Assembly (NCBI GenBank): GCA_005888635.1
Contig: VBAW01000016.1
Span: 133,859-197,858, forward strand
Reading direction: 5' to 3'
Length of the DNA: 64,000 nt
Source: Candidatus Bathyarchaeota archaeon
GTDB lineage: Archaea > Thermoproteota > Bathyarchaeia > 40CM-2-53-6
The first letter of the stretch is position 1. Each line of letters opens with the position of its first letter. Made by a program: the position numbers and the translations under genes. Positions 1-10,036 of the stretch are shown here, piece after piece. The notes beneath the pieces are model-generated. The model searched no databases. It had not been told where the DNA came from and saw only the letters and a program-made list of their open reading frames with translations.

Positions 1-2
1 AA

Positions 3-113
3 CTAATGTGGGTCCTAGGCAAAACTCGGTCTCCAGAAAGAATTCGCGAGCTCATGCTGCAAATTGTGGCAGGGGAGACTACGGAAAGGTCGCCGATAAT
101 GGAGGCCGTTTAA
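3..113 (+). CDS. gatD: Glu-tRNA(Gln) amidotransferase subunit D, 3' end (partial)
   Basis: Translates as LMWVLGKTRSPERIRELMLQIVAGE...*, like the GatD C-terminus; lies directly upstream of gatE. Confidence 0.8.
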   Translation, partial: LMWVLGKTRSPERIRELMLQIVAGETTERSPIMEAV

Positions 114-2018
114 TCGCCATTCGACTACTCAGCTATCGGCCTCAGGGTCGGCCTTGAGGTTCACAGGCAACTAGACACCAGCAGGAAGCTGTTCTGTGAG
201 TGTCCAACAATCCTTTCCATCAAGCCCCCGACGCTCACCCTCGACCGTAAACTTCGACCTACTCAAAGCGAACTGGGCCAGATAGACCCGGCGGTCCTCT
301 TCGAATTCCACAAAGGCCGGACGATCAGGTACGAAGCGGACCCGGAAACGACGGATCTAGTCGAGCTAGATGAAGAGCCACCGCACCGGCTCAACGAAGA
401 GGCGATCGATATCGCGCTAACGATCAGTGCCTTGTTCAAAGCCCGTCCAATGGACGAGATTCATGTAATGCGAAAAGTCGTGATTGATGGCTCCAACACT
501 ACAGGATTTCAGCGAACTGCAATAATCTCCATGTCCGGAACACTCAAGGTCGACGAGAAGGACATCCCAATCCAGCAAATCACTCTGGAAGAGGATTCAG
601 GACGAAAGACGGGAGAAAGCAAGAATACAGTAACGTTTCGACTCGATCGTCTCGGAGTCCCACTGATAGAAATCTCAACCGGGGCCGACATCAACCACCC
701 TGACGAAGCAAGCAAGGTCGCCTTTGAAATCGGTAAGATGCTCCGGGCCACAAAGAGCGTGAAACGCGGTCTTGGAAGCATCAGACAAGACCTCAACATA
801 TCGATCAAGAATGGTGCACTCATAGAGATCAAAGGCGTCCAAGAACTCGAGCTAGTCGCCAAAGTTGTAGAATTGGAAGTACAGCGGCAAACGGCCCTAC
901 TACAGATTCGAGACGAGCTGCGAACGCGAAACCTCAAACCCGCACAACTCAACGAAAATTTTGACGACCTGACAGAGCAACTCTCGTTATCACAGTCCAA
1001 GATTATTCAGTCGGCAGTGAAAAATGGTGGAGTCGTTCTCGGCACTCGTCTAGCTGGTTTCAGGGGTCTTCTCAAACGCGAGCTCATCCCAGGAATTAGG
1101 CTTGGGACTGAGATGGCGAAAAGAGCAGCCTTCTGGGGACGGGTAGGAGGAATATTCCATTCAGACGAACTTCCCGGTTACGGCATAACCGAAAACGACG
1201 TAGAGATAATATCGAAGAGACTCGGATGCGGACCTTCAGACGCTTTTGTCCTCGTCGCAGACGCGAAAGAAAACGCTCTCGATGGATTGAAGGCCACTGT
1301 AGAACGAGCCAAAGAAGCACTCGTGGGAGTTCCGGAGGAGACACGTACAGCGAACCCTGACGGGACGACTCAATACATGAGGCCTCGTCCAGGAGCAGCC
1401 CGGATGTACCCTGAGACGGATGTGCCTCCCGTCCAGATCAGCTCCGAAAGAATCCGGCAAATTGCAGACAATTTGCCTAGGATACCTGAGGAGTTGGCGA
1501 AAGAGATTGGGTCAAAATACGAGATCGGTCCAAAACTTGCGATTCAGTTAGTCAACTCGGACTATCTCGGAATCTTCGATGGAATCGTTTCCAGCGCAAA
1601 GGGAGTCGGGGCGAGTTTCGTCGCAACAGTACTGACGGAGTCGCTGCGTTCACTTTCTAGAGATCAGGTCCCAGTCGAGAATCTGAAGGATTCTCATCTG
1701 ATAGAGGTCTTCGATCTGGTTGCAAAGGGAAAGACCGCAAAAGAATCGGTTCTTGAGATTATCAAGTGGTTATCATCTCATCCTGATTCCAGCGCTGAAG
1801 ACGCTCTCGGAGAACTGAAACTTAGAATGCTGACCAACGAGGAGCTAAGGGGAATCATTTCCAAGGCGCTCGAGTCAAATCGCTCCCTGGTCCACGAGAA
1901 CGGGACGAAGGCGATGGGAAAAATGATGAATTTGGTCATGGGAGAGGTCCGGGGACGAGCTGACCCGAAGATGGTAACCGAACTCTTACGGACACAATTG
2001 GAACAATTCAAAGGGTGA
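114..2018 (+). CDS. gatE: Glu-tRNA(Gln) amidotransferase subunit E
   Basis: Frame open from 114: DYSAIGLRVGLEVHRQLD, KLFC, DEEPPH, DGSNTTGFQRT, RPRPGAARMYPETD. No canonical start before 432. Confidence 0.95.
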   Translation, partial: SPFDYSAIGLRVGLEVHRQLDTSRKLFCECPTILSIKPPTLTLDRKLRPTQSELGQIDPAVLFEFHKGRTIRYEADPETTDLVELDEEPPHRLNEEAIDIALTISALFKARPMDEIHVMRKVVIDGSNTTGFQRTAIISMSGTLKVDEKDIPIQQITLEEDSGRKTGESKNTVTFRLDRLGVPLIEISTGADINHPDEASKVAFEIGKMLRATKSVKRGLGSIRQDLNISIKNGALIEIKGVQELELVAKVVELEVQRQTALLQIRDELRTRNLKPAQLNENFDDLTEQLSLSQSKIIQSAVKNGGVVLGTRLAGFRGLLKRELIPGIRLGTEMAKRAAFWGRVGGIFHSDELPGYGITENDVEIISKRLGCGPSDAFVLVADAKENALDGLKATVERAKEALVGVPEETRTANPDGTTQYMRPRPGAARMYPETDVPPVQISSERIRQIADNLPRIPEELAKEIGSKYEIGPKLAIQLVNSDYLGIFDGIVSSAKGVGASFVATVLTESLRSLSRDQVPVENLKDSHLIEVFDLVAKGKTAKESVLEIIKWLSSHPDSSAEDALGELKLRMLTNEELRGIISKALESNRSLVHENGTKAMGKMMNLVMGEVRGRADPKMVTELLRTQLEQFKG

Positions 2019-2500
2019 CATCGTCCATCCGCGAAACCCCAGAAAAATCCTCAACCGTCGAGCTGGACGAACTCGACCGGAAGATTCTCCAAGCCTACTT
2101 AATCGATGCTCGACTATCTTACAGAGAATTGGCCCACAAGCTAGGAGTATCCACAACCACCATTCAGTCCCGGACCAGCAAGCTGGAAAAGTCAGGCATT
2201 ATTCGAGGATACTCAGCAATCTTTGACCATGAGAAAATAGGGTTTCAACTGACAGCGCTCACAGAAGTATCAGTGGCGAAGGGGAAGTTGTTGGAATTGG
2301 AGAAAGAGGTTGCCAAGATGCCGCAAGTGTTGGCCGTTTATGACGTGACGGGTATCACAGACGCGATGGTGATCGCCAAGTTCAAGAGCCGTGAAGAACT
2401 AAGCAAATTCACAAAGGCGCTGTTGGCGATGCCTTTCGTAGAACGAACCAACACCCACATTGTGCTAACGACGGTCAAAGAAGATTTCAGATTAGTGTAG
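2015..2500 (+). CDS. Lrp/AsnC family transcriptional regulator
   Basis: LDELDRKIL...DARLSYRELA HTH plus RAM domain (YDVTG). Confidence 0.9.
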   Translation: MTSSIRETPEKSSTVELDELDRKILQAYLIDARLSYRELAHKLGVSTTTIQSRTSKLEKSGIIRGYSAIFDHEKIGFQLTALTEVSVAKGKLLELEKEVAKMPQVLAVYDVTGITDAMVIAKFKSREELSKFTKALLAMPFVERTNTHIVLTTVKEDFRLV

Positions 2501-2615
2501 AATTTCCCAGCGTTATCCAATTCAGTATGCGGTTCCTTCCGGACCAAAAAAGCACGAGGCTTTCTCGACCTAAGTCAAATAATTCGATTAGCTTCCCAGT
2601 ACAGAGAAGGCTATT

Positions 2616-3668
2616 TCAGTGTATGTACTTCTGAGCCATCAGGAGTTCTGCGTTTAGGATCGAGCATCCGGCACCCCCCCGGACGAGGTTGTGTCCCAAT
2701 ACGATGTACTTTATTCCATTAAACGCAGAATCTTTTCGCAATCTGCCAACACTTACTGTCATGCCTTTGCCCTCATCCACGTCGAGTCTTGTCTGAGGTC
2801 TATCTTCCTCCTTTCGAACGATCACGGGATGAGGTGGCGCACTGGGCAGTTTCAACTTCTGCGGCGTCGATTCGAACTCTGACATTGATTTCGCGGCTTC
2901 TTCTGGGGATGTCGGAGTTCTTGTCTTTGCGAAGACGGCTTCTATGTGCCCATGGATTGTTGGCACTCTTTGGCAACTAGCCGATATTGTAACTGTGGCT
3001 GGTTTGGTTGCAGTGCCGAGAATCTTGTTAGTCTCACGTTCTACTTTCTCCTCTTCGTTCCTAATGAACGGGATGACATTCTCGAGAATATCCAGTGATG
3101 CTACTCCTGGATATCCCGCCCCGGAGATGGCTTGCATGGTTGAGACGATGACTGTTTCGAGACCGAATCGGTCGTAGAGCGGCTTCAGGGAGAGACTGAG
3201 GATTGCTGTTGTGAAGTTCGGATTCGTCACTATGAAACCATCCCACTTGGTTCGACGCTTCTGGTCTTCTACGAGTGAGGCGTGCTCAGCATTCACTTCG
3301 GGGTTGAGCAGTGGGACATCATGGTCCATTCTGTGTGATGATGCGTTCGAAAAGACTGGAAATCCTGCCTTAGCAAAGTCTTCCTCGATAGGTCCCGCTA
3401 CTTCTGTTGGAAGTGCGGAGAAGACGATATCGGGGTCAGCTAACGACCGAGGGGTTGCCTCAACAACCTGTAAGTCTCCCAAATCGTCAAGGACGTCTCT
3501 TTGGATCTGGCCGCCCATTGTAGCTGCATAGGGCTTTCCGACACTCCTGTCGCTAGCCGCGACTGCAGATACTTCCGGCCATGGATGGTTAGCTAGGAGC
3601 TGTACGAACTTCTGACCCATCATCCCCGTAGCCCCGAGGACTACGGCTTTCTTCTTCGCTGGCACCAT
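2616..3668 (-). CDS. asd: Aspartate-semialdehyde dehydrogenase, archaeal type (catalytic Cys reads Phe)
   Basis: VLGATGMMGQ, SNASSHRM, QAISGAG, RVPTIHGH, HNLVRGGAG; NPNFTT in place of NPNCTT. Confidence 0.92.
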   Translation of the reverse strand: MVPAKKKAVVLGATGMMGQKFVQLLANHPWPEVSAVAASDRSVGKPYAATMGGQIQRDVLDDLGDLQVVEATPRSLADPDIVFSALPTEVAGPIEEDFAKAGFPVFSNASSHRMDHDVPLLNPEVNAEHASLVEDQKRRTKWDGFIVTNPNFTTAILSLSLKPLYDRFGLETVIVSTMQAISGAGYPGVASLDILENVIPFIRNEEEKVERETNKILGTATKPATVTISASCQRVPTIHGHIEAVFAKTRTPTSPEEAAKSMSEFESTPQKLKLPSAPPHPVIVRKEEDRPQTRLDVDEGKGMTVSVGRLRKDSAFNGIKYIVLGHNLVRGGAGCSILNAELLMAQKYIH

Positions 3669-3848
3669 GTCTTCCCTCTGTAGGACTCGTTCTCTTAGTC
3701 TCTAACTCATCTAGATAGCTGAGAGCCACTTAACTTGGTACCTCCTGTCCCGAATATGTCAGTATCGTTTACGAAACCGGCATTAGAGGGTCCAGGATTC
3801 GGCTTAGACCTTTATAGGCTGGGAACGATCATTGAGCAACGATATTGT

Positions 3849-4028
3849 ATGCCTCAACGATCAGAAGAACTGACCCAGTCTTCGTTGGCGGAAATCTTGG
3901 GAAAGATGTCTGAGAAGGGCTATGCCCTAAACTTCGACGTTACCCTAGAGCTCGCAACTCCCACTTTGAAGGTTGGGACGGTGAGAGTTCACGGAAAACT
4001 CGAGTCTGCAGCCCTCAAGAAGAAATAA
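3849..4028 (+). CDS. Small hypothetical protein
   Basis: ATG-started 59-aa ORF downstream of a TTTATA box. Confidence 0.5.
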   Translation: MPQRSEELTQSSLAEILGKMSEKGYALNFDVTLELATPTLKVGTVRVHGKLESAALKKK

Positions 4029-4135
4029 GCTAATTCAACTCGCCCGATTTACTGACTGAAACTCTCACGTTAGCTTAGGACTGCTCCTACTGCCAGGCAT
4101 CAAGTCCCAAATACCTGCGTGTTCATTGTAATCTC

Positions 4136-4750
4136 ATGAGCCAGCCGTGGATGGGTGCCCCCAACCTTCCAGGGATAGGGGGAACATCGACAAGCCGGTA
4201 TGTAGCCTTAGTCGCAGTCCTAACGGCTATCTTCACCGCCTACGGGTACATTTCAAGCATTGAGCTCCGGACCGTGACGAGATCGTTGGATCTCTTCTTT
4301 CTACTTCCCGCATTCTTCGCTATCCTAGTGTCCTTAACGGGCAAGAAATGGGCCGGAACCATTCTCGGGACGGTCATCGGACTGATCTTCCTGGGCACGC
4401 CCAGCGCTGGGAGCAACTTTTCACCCCATATTACCGCCTCAGTCATTGTAAACGGTCTGGTCTTCGACCTCTACCTGCAGCGTTCCGGCGGCAGCCTTCT
4501 AGACCCGTCGAGAAAACACCTTGTCCTCGCCGGTACGTTGGGAAACCTTGCAATGGCTCCTACCGGCTTACTTGTACTCCAGGCCGTCGGGGTCCCATCA
4601 CTTGCCGTGATATGGACAATTGCGCTGATCGGCGATACCCTGGTCGGCGCGGCAGGTGCATTCTTCGGGACAATAATCGTTGAACGAGTGAAGGGTCTGC
4701 AAGCAAGACGGGTCCTTGAGGCTAAATCGGCTGTAAGAGTCAGAGTCTAA
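4136..4750 (+). CDS. Integral membrane protein, ECF S-component-like
   Basis: About 6 hydrophobic segments, 204 aa. Confidence 0.6.
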   Translation: MSQPWMGAPNLPGIGGTSTSRYVALVAVLTAIFTAYGYISSIELRTVTRSLDLFFLLPAFFAILVSLTGKKWAGTILGTVIGLIFLGTPSAGSNFSPHITASVIVNGLVFDLYLQRSGGSLLDPSRKHLVLAGTLGNLAMAPTGLLVLQAVGVPSLAVIWTIALIGDTLVGAAGAFFGTIIVERVKGLQARRVLEAKSAVRVRV

Positions 4751-4873
4751 ACATAGAGACCGCTAAAAAATCGGCCCTGCCATCAGGAACCTCTGCCTTA
4801 CTGGTGGAGGTAACGATCCGCCAATATGCGAAAAGAGTGATCAGCGTAGATCGTTCTACGAAGATGACCGCTA

Positions 4874-5314
4874 GTGGCGAATAACGACAAGACGCACAAC
4901 AATGAGTCTCAGAAAGCCAGCCGCAACGCCAAACTAGTATGCTCTCTCCTTTTCGTCATCACTGTTCTTCTTTCAACTTGGATTGCGGTCGCACACTTTC
5001 ATCTCGCTCGTCTCCAAGGATACATTACCAGCATCATCACTCCCAACGGCTCTGTTCTCCGCGTTACACTGATTGCGGCGTTCGGCGGATTCATCTTGTC
5101 AATCCCGATCTTGAGAAGCCTCTCACCCAAGGACAGGACTTCCAACGTCAAGGTCGAACCAATCCCCCAGTATCGCAATCCAAGAGTTCATCCGCTTTTC
5201 ATGACGTCGAGGCCGGCAAGGGATACGAATTTTGTTATTAGGAAAACAAAGAATCGGGGAAGAATCTCGAGAAACCACGCTGGGGAGCGACTTCCACCTA
5301 GCGATCACGCGTAG
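4874..5314 (+). CDS. Hypothetical membrane protein (2 TM, basic tail)
   Basis: Two hydrophobic segments. Confidence 0.5.
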   Translation: MANNDKTHNNESQKASRNAKLVCSLLFVITVLLSTWIAVAHFHLARLQGYITSIITPNGSVLRVTLIAAFGGFILSIPILRSLSPKDRTSNVKVEPIPQYRNPRVHPLFMTSRPARDTNFVIRKTKNRGRISRNHAGERLPPSDHA

Positions 5315-5384
5315 GACGTGCAGTAATTCTTAATGCCCTGAGCTTGCCTACCATAGCAAAGTCTACTGGAAGAGTGTTTGGCGT

Positions 5385-7211
5385 TTGTGTGGAATATTCG
5401 GCTGCGTTCTTCACGAGGGTTCCCAGGCGGCCCCAATTGTCCATTCCGCGCTCAAACGCCTCGAATACAGGGGCTACGATTCAGTGGGCGAAGTAACCGT
5501 CGATAATGACCGATTGACTGTGAAGAAGGATAGCGGACGATTGGAGGAGGTCCACGCAAAATACAATCTTGACGACCTTCCGGGACCAGTTGGCGTCGGA
5601 CACACAAGATGGGCGACCCATGGAAGACCCGTGTACGAAAACTCTCACCCGCTCGTGGATTGCAAGTCGCGGATCGCCGTGGTTCACAATGGAATTATCG
5701 AGAATTATCTAGAAATCAAGAGAGAACTGGAAGGGAAAGGCCACAGGTTCCAGTCGAGAACCGACACCGAAGTCGTCCCGCACTTGGTGGAAGACTATCA
5801 CTCTCACGGGATGAGTCTAGAAGAGGCGTTCCGCAAGACTGTGAACCGTCTTGAAGGAGCTTACGCGATCGTTCTCACTAGTGCAGAACAGCCGAAGACA
5901 ATACTCTGCGCCCGTCAAGAGAGCCCTCTCGTCTTGGGTCTCGGAGACGGTGAATATTACTGCGCCTCAGATTTCGCAGCATTCTTACCGCTCACCCGGA
6001 AGGCGGTGCTTCTTGACGAGGGAGAAATGGCGGTTCTAGATCCCAAGGGGATGAAGATTCTCAAACTGAAGAATGCCGCTCCGGTAAGACGAGAAGCCAT
6101 TACCATCACTTGGGACCCGGAGTCTGCAAAGAAGCAAGGCTTCCGGCATTTTATGCTTAAAGAAATACACGAACAAGCACAAGCCCTGCGTGACGCCCTC
6201 CGAACGGAGCAAGTATACTACGATCAATTCTCCCGCAAGATCATTGAAGCTGACAAAGTCTTCATCGTAGCTTGTGGGACTTCATATCATGCTGGGCTCG
6301 TCGGCAGCATAGCCCTGGCCAAGATAGCAGGGATCAACGCTCGAGCAGTGATTGCCAGCGAGCTCTCTGAGGAAGCTCTGGATCTAGTAACTTCGAAGAC
6401 CGTCATTCTAGCTATCAGCCAGTCTGGTGAGACGATGGACACTCTCAACGCAGTGCGTGACGCAAAGGCAAAGGGCGCGACGATTCTGAGTGTCCTGAAC
6501 GTGTTGGGCTCCACTCTGATGCGGCTGTCCACCGTCTACATTGACCAGAACGCAGGACCAGAGATAGGAGTGGCCTCAACCAAGGCCTTCACCAGCCAGA
6601 TCGCGGTACTTCTTCGACTCGCTGCAACCATTGGCCGGAAGAAGGGCGAAGTGTCTGCGAAAGAGATTAGCGAGCTAGAAAACGCGCTCCACAAAACCCC
6701 CGCTCTCATCCAGAGCATTCTGAACACTAAGATCGAAGATGTCAAGAAAATAGCGCAGGAATGCGACACCGCATCAAGTGTCTGTTTCTTGGGACGGGGA
6801 ATCAATGTCCCGACTGCTCTCGAAGGTCGTCTCAAACTCTTGGAACTCAGCTACGTCCCAGCGATTGCTTATCCGGCTGGTGAGAGCAAACATGGATTCA
6901 TCGCACTCATCGAAGAAGGATTTCCAGTAATCTTCGTCGCACCTAATGACGACACCCACAAACGGATTGTCGGAAACATTATGGAGATGAAGGCTCGTGG
7001 TGCCCGGATCATTTCAATAATTGAGGAAGGAGATGAAGAGGTCAGAAACCTCTCCGATCGGGTCATTGAAATTTCAGAGTCTCTGCCCTCCCTGGTAACT
7101 CCCCTCGTGTATGTGGTACCATTGCAGCTGCTAGCATACTATCTATCCGTGATCAAAGGGCACGACCCTGACTATCCCCGCAATCTGGCCAAGAGCGTCA
7201 CTGTCGAATAG
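5385..7211 (+). CDS. glmS: Glutamine-fructose-6-phosphate transaminase
   Basis: MCGIFG, LEYRGYDS, GHTRWATHG, SQSGET, PRNLAKSVTVE. Confidence 0.98.
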   Translation: MCGIFGCVLHEGSQAAPIVHSALKRLEYRGYDSVGEVTVDNDRLTVKKDSGRLEEVHAKYNLDDLPGPVGVGHTRWATHGRPVYENSHPLVDCKSRIAVVHNGIIENYLEIKRELEGKGHRFQSRTDTEVVPHLVEDYHSHGMSLEEAFRKTVNRLEGAYAIVLTSAEQPKTILCARQESPLVLGLGDGEYYCASDFAAFLPLTRKAVLLDEGEMAVLDPKGMKILKLKNAAPVRREAITITWDPESAKKQGFRHFMLKEIHEQAQALRDALRTEQVYYDQFSRKIIEADKVFIVACGTSYHAGLVGSIALAKIAGINARAVIASELSEEALDLVTSKTVILAISQSGETMDTLNAVRDAKAKGATILSVLNVLGSTLMRLSTVYIDQNAGPEIGVASTKAFTSQIAVLLRLAATIGRKKGEVSAKEISELENALHKTPALIQSILNTKIEDVKKIAQECDTASSVCFLGRGINVPTALEGRLKLLELSYVPAIAYPAGESKHGFIALIEEGFPVIFVAPNDDTHKRIVGNIMEMKARGARIISIIEEGDEEVRNLSDRVIEISESLPSLVTPLVYVVPLQLLAYYLSVIKGHDPDYPRNLAKSVTVE

Positions 7212-7222
7212 GACAACTCTCC

Positions 7223-7621
7223 TTGTCCGACAGATCTTCAGTTGAACAGGAATACTTGGAGTCCAAACTGGAAAGGGCGTTAGACGACGCGTGGTCGAAA
7301 GTCAATATCGCTCTCGACGAGACATCCAAGTCTTCGGCTGATCTCGCAATGGGGATCTGGTTCGCCGCAGAAGCTCTGGAGTACAGCAGCCTTCTTTTCA
7401 ATCTGACTTATGGTTTGGAGGATGTGAAACCTACTATCAAGCCTCGAAAAGGCGAGGCTGCTCTAGTCCTCGTTAAGGACTCAATGGAGCTTCTAAAGCG
7501 AGCACGGGAAGGACGCAAGAGGTCTGCCGCGGATGCTTATGTCAACCTTAGAACAGCCGCCGACTTCCTGAAATCCGCTCATTTGGCGCAAGTCAGGAAA
7601 TCTACTAAGAAACGGGAATAG
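7223..7621 (+). CDS. Hypothetical helical protein
   Basis: ORF tightly packed after glmS. Confidence 0.6.
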   Translation: MSDRSSVEQEYLESKLERALDDAWSKVNIALDETSKSSADLAMGIWFAAEALEYSSLLFNLTYGLEDVKPTIKPRKGEAALVLVKDSMELLKRAREGRKRSAADAYVNLRTAADFLKSAHLAQVRKSTKKRE

Positions 7622-7670
7622 CGTTTAACTAGAGGTTTCGTCCGGGCGAAAAGCTCTCGCAGGTCTCTGC

Positions 7671-8612
7671 GTGTTTCGCGCGATCACTTGTCTAGCCGGC
7701 GGCGTGGGGGCCGCTCGCTTCTTAGATGGTCTCGCAAGAGTATTTCCTCCTGAAAAGATAACCGTTATCGTCAACACCGGAGATGATCTCCAATACCTAG
7801 GATGTCACGTCAGCCCCGACCTCGACATCGTGACCTACACTCTCGCGGGAGTCGTGGACAAAGCAAAGGGCTGGGGCATCGAAGGAGACACGTTCGGCTG
7901 TATGGTCCAACTAGGAAAGTACTCTGCTGAGACCTGGTTCAGGATTGGAGACCGAGACTTTGCAACACACCTTCTACGCACAGCATATCTCCAGCAAGGC
8001 TTCAACCTATCCGAGGTTACCGAGAAGATCAGAAACTCTCTCGGAGTCAAAGTGCGAATCCTGCCTATGACGGACCATATGGTAGCGACGAAAATCAAGA
8101 CCCCAAAGGGCATACTCGAGTTCCAGGAATATTTCGTTAAGAGAAAGTTCCAAGACAAGGTGGAGGATGTTACATACGAGGGAGCAGCGCATGCCACGCC
8201 CGCCCCTGGTGTGATCCCCGCGATAGAGAAGACAGATCTTATCATCCTATGCCCGAGCAATCCGATCTTGAGCATAGGGCCGATTCTGGCGATCCCCGAC
8301 ATTCGCAACAGCATCGCGAAAACACATGCGAAGATTGTGGGAATCAGCCCCATCGTGGGCGGAAAAGCAATCAAAGGGCCTCTAGACCAAATGATGGAGA
8401 GCCTCGGTCTGGAGGTCTCCCCCTTTGGGGTCGCGCAGCTCTACAAGGGCTTGATAAGAGGATATGTTATTGACGAAGTGGACCGAACCATTAGCCCCAA
8501 GATCACGAGCCTCGGTATGAGAGTGATCGCGACAAAGACAGTAATGGATTCTGACGAAGCTAGGGCTAAGCTAGCGGAAAACACGTTGAAGTTTGCCGAG
8601 ACGATCTCATGA
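7671..8612 (+). CDS. cofD: 2-phospho-L-lactate transferase (F420 biosynthesis)
   Basis: GGVGAARF, VNTGDD, SPDLD, IGDRDFATH, FQEYFV, PSNP. Confidence 0.95.
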   Translation: MFRAITCLAGGVGAARFLDGLARVFPPEKITVIVNTGDDLQYLGCHVSPDLDIVTYTLAGVVDKAKGWGIEGDTFGCMVQLGKYSAETWFRIGDRDFATHLLRTAYLQQGFNLSEVTEKIRNSLGVKVRILPMTDHMVATKIKTPKGILEFQEYFVKRKFQDKVEDVTYEGAAHATPAPGVIPAIEKTDLIILCPSNPILSIGPILAIPDIRNSIAKTHAKIVGISPIVGGKAIKGPLDQMMESLGLEVSPFGVAQLYKGLIRGYVIDEVDRTISPKITSLGMRVIATKTVMDSDEARAKLAENTLKFAETIS

Positions 8613-9274
8613 CCGAGAATTGGGCTGTAATCCCGGTAAAGGGCCTCACAGAAAGCAAAACAAGACTTTCAACATCCCTTCAAGTGGATAAGAGGAGGAT
8701 TCTTGTTGAGGCTTTATTGGAGGATGTTCTTTCATCCATAGTTCGATCAAGAGTTTACGGAATTGTCTTGGTGATTTCTCCGGACGAAAACGTTCGAAGT
8801 CGAATTTTGCCTCAAGAGGTCTCTTTTCTCAAGCAAACAGGCGTAGGTCTGAATCGGGCAATAGAACAGGCGAATAGACTGGCGACGCAAAAACATGCGC
8901 GCTCGCTTACGACGGTTCTCGCTGACATCCCATTAGTTGAGCCTGGAGATTTCAAGGAACTACTGAGTGTTGGCACTGCCGTTCCAAGGGTCGTAATGGC
9001 CCCATCGTTGAAAGGGGGTACGAATGTGATGCTGACCTCTCCTCCCGGCACGATTTCCCCTAGTTATGGAAGATGGAGCTACTCCAAACATCTCCGTCTA
9101 GCACAGATGAAGGGGGTCGATGCCTATTCGATATCCAATTGTCGAGTTTCCTTTGACATTGATACAATGTCCGATTTGATGGAACTTAGGCGACTCGATC
9201 CCGAAAGCAAGACGGCGTCCGCAAGAGCCACGAGTATGATGAAAGTGGTTGTGAGCCCGGCAAGAGTTCGCTAG
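8609..9274 (+). CDS. cofC: 2-phospho-L-lactate guanylyltransferase
   Basis: VIPVK...SKTRLS, GLNRAI, ADIP, GGTN, FDIDT; overlaps cofD stop. Confidence 0.9.
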   Translation: MTENWAVIPVKGLTESKTRLSTSLQVDKRRILVEALLEDVLSSIVRSRVYGIVLVISPDENVRSRILPQEVSFLKQTGVGLNRAIEQANRLATQKHARSLTTVLADIPLVEPGDFKELLSVGTAVPRVVMAPSLKGGTNVMLTSPPGTISPSYGRWSYSKHLRLAQMKGVDAYSISNCRVSFDIDTMSDLMELRRLDPESKTASARATSMMKVVVSPARVR

Positions 9275-9345
9275 AAGGAGAAAAGGCGACTCACTCAATA
9301 TTGAGTAGTAACGCTTTTATGAGTACGTTCTTTTCCGCTCTCGCC

Positions 9346-10035
9346 ATGGCTTTCTCGCGGACTTCCCTGAGGCCTACCGCCGTCCTAGCCGGTAGTGCGA
9401 CTTTCGGGGCTCTGGCTTCACTCATAACGCTAGCCGCTCCACCAGCATTGCAGCCTCCGTTTCCGATTCTGTTTTACTTGAAGTTCGACGTGGCGGAGGT
9501 CGTTGACCTAAGTTCGTTCATGATTTTTGGTCCTACTGCTGGTTTGCTGACGGCGTTGATTCACGCCACGATACTTGGAACGGTTGCAGGAGGTGCGGGC
9601 AGTGGCCCATTCTTTGGTCCTAGCTTGAAGTTTCTTGGAGTTCTCTCAACTTACATTGGGCTTTTTCTGGCGTCGAGATTTGGAAGACAGAGTCTGGTGA
9701 GAGCTAGTCTTACGATGACAAGCTTAGCCCTCATTACTCGGGTAACACTCATGACCGCAGCGAACTATTTTTACATCGTATTTCTTGCGCAGACGGTCTT
9801 CGGCGTGGACTACACTGGCTTCGCTCAATTTGTGCTGAGCCAATCAGGCATCAACCTCACAGGCTCCGGACTGATTCTCTACATTCTAGGACTGACCGCG
9901 ATATACAACGCCGTTCACGTAGTCTTCTCCGTGGTTGTATCGCTGCTTCTCGTGAACGCCTTGATGAAAAGAGCACCGAACTTGCTTCAATCGAGAGCTT
10001 GGATAACAAGAGTCCTAAATTCGGCATCGGGGTAG
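9346..10035 (+). CDS. ECF transporter S component (RibU/PanT-like)
   Basis: YLKFDVAEV...FGP..G motif, multiple TM segments; start may be 9301-9346. Confidence 0.7.
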   Translation: MAFSRTSLRPTAVLAGSATFGALASLITLAAPPALQPPFPILFYLKFDVAEVVDLSSFMIFGPTAGLLTALIHATILGTVAGGAGSGPFFGPSLKFLGVLSTYIGLFLASRFGRQSLVRASLTMTSLALITRVTLMTAANYFYIVFLAQTVFGVDYTGFAQFVLSQSGINLTGSGLILYILGLTAIYNAVHVVFSVVVSLLLVNALMKRAPNLLQSRAWITRVLNSASG

Positions 10036-10036
10036 G

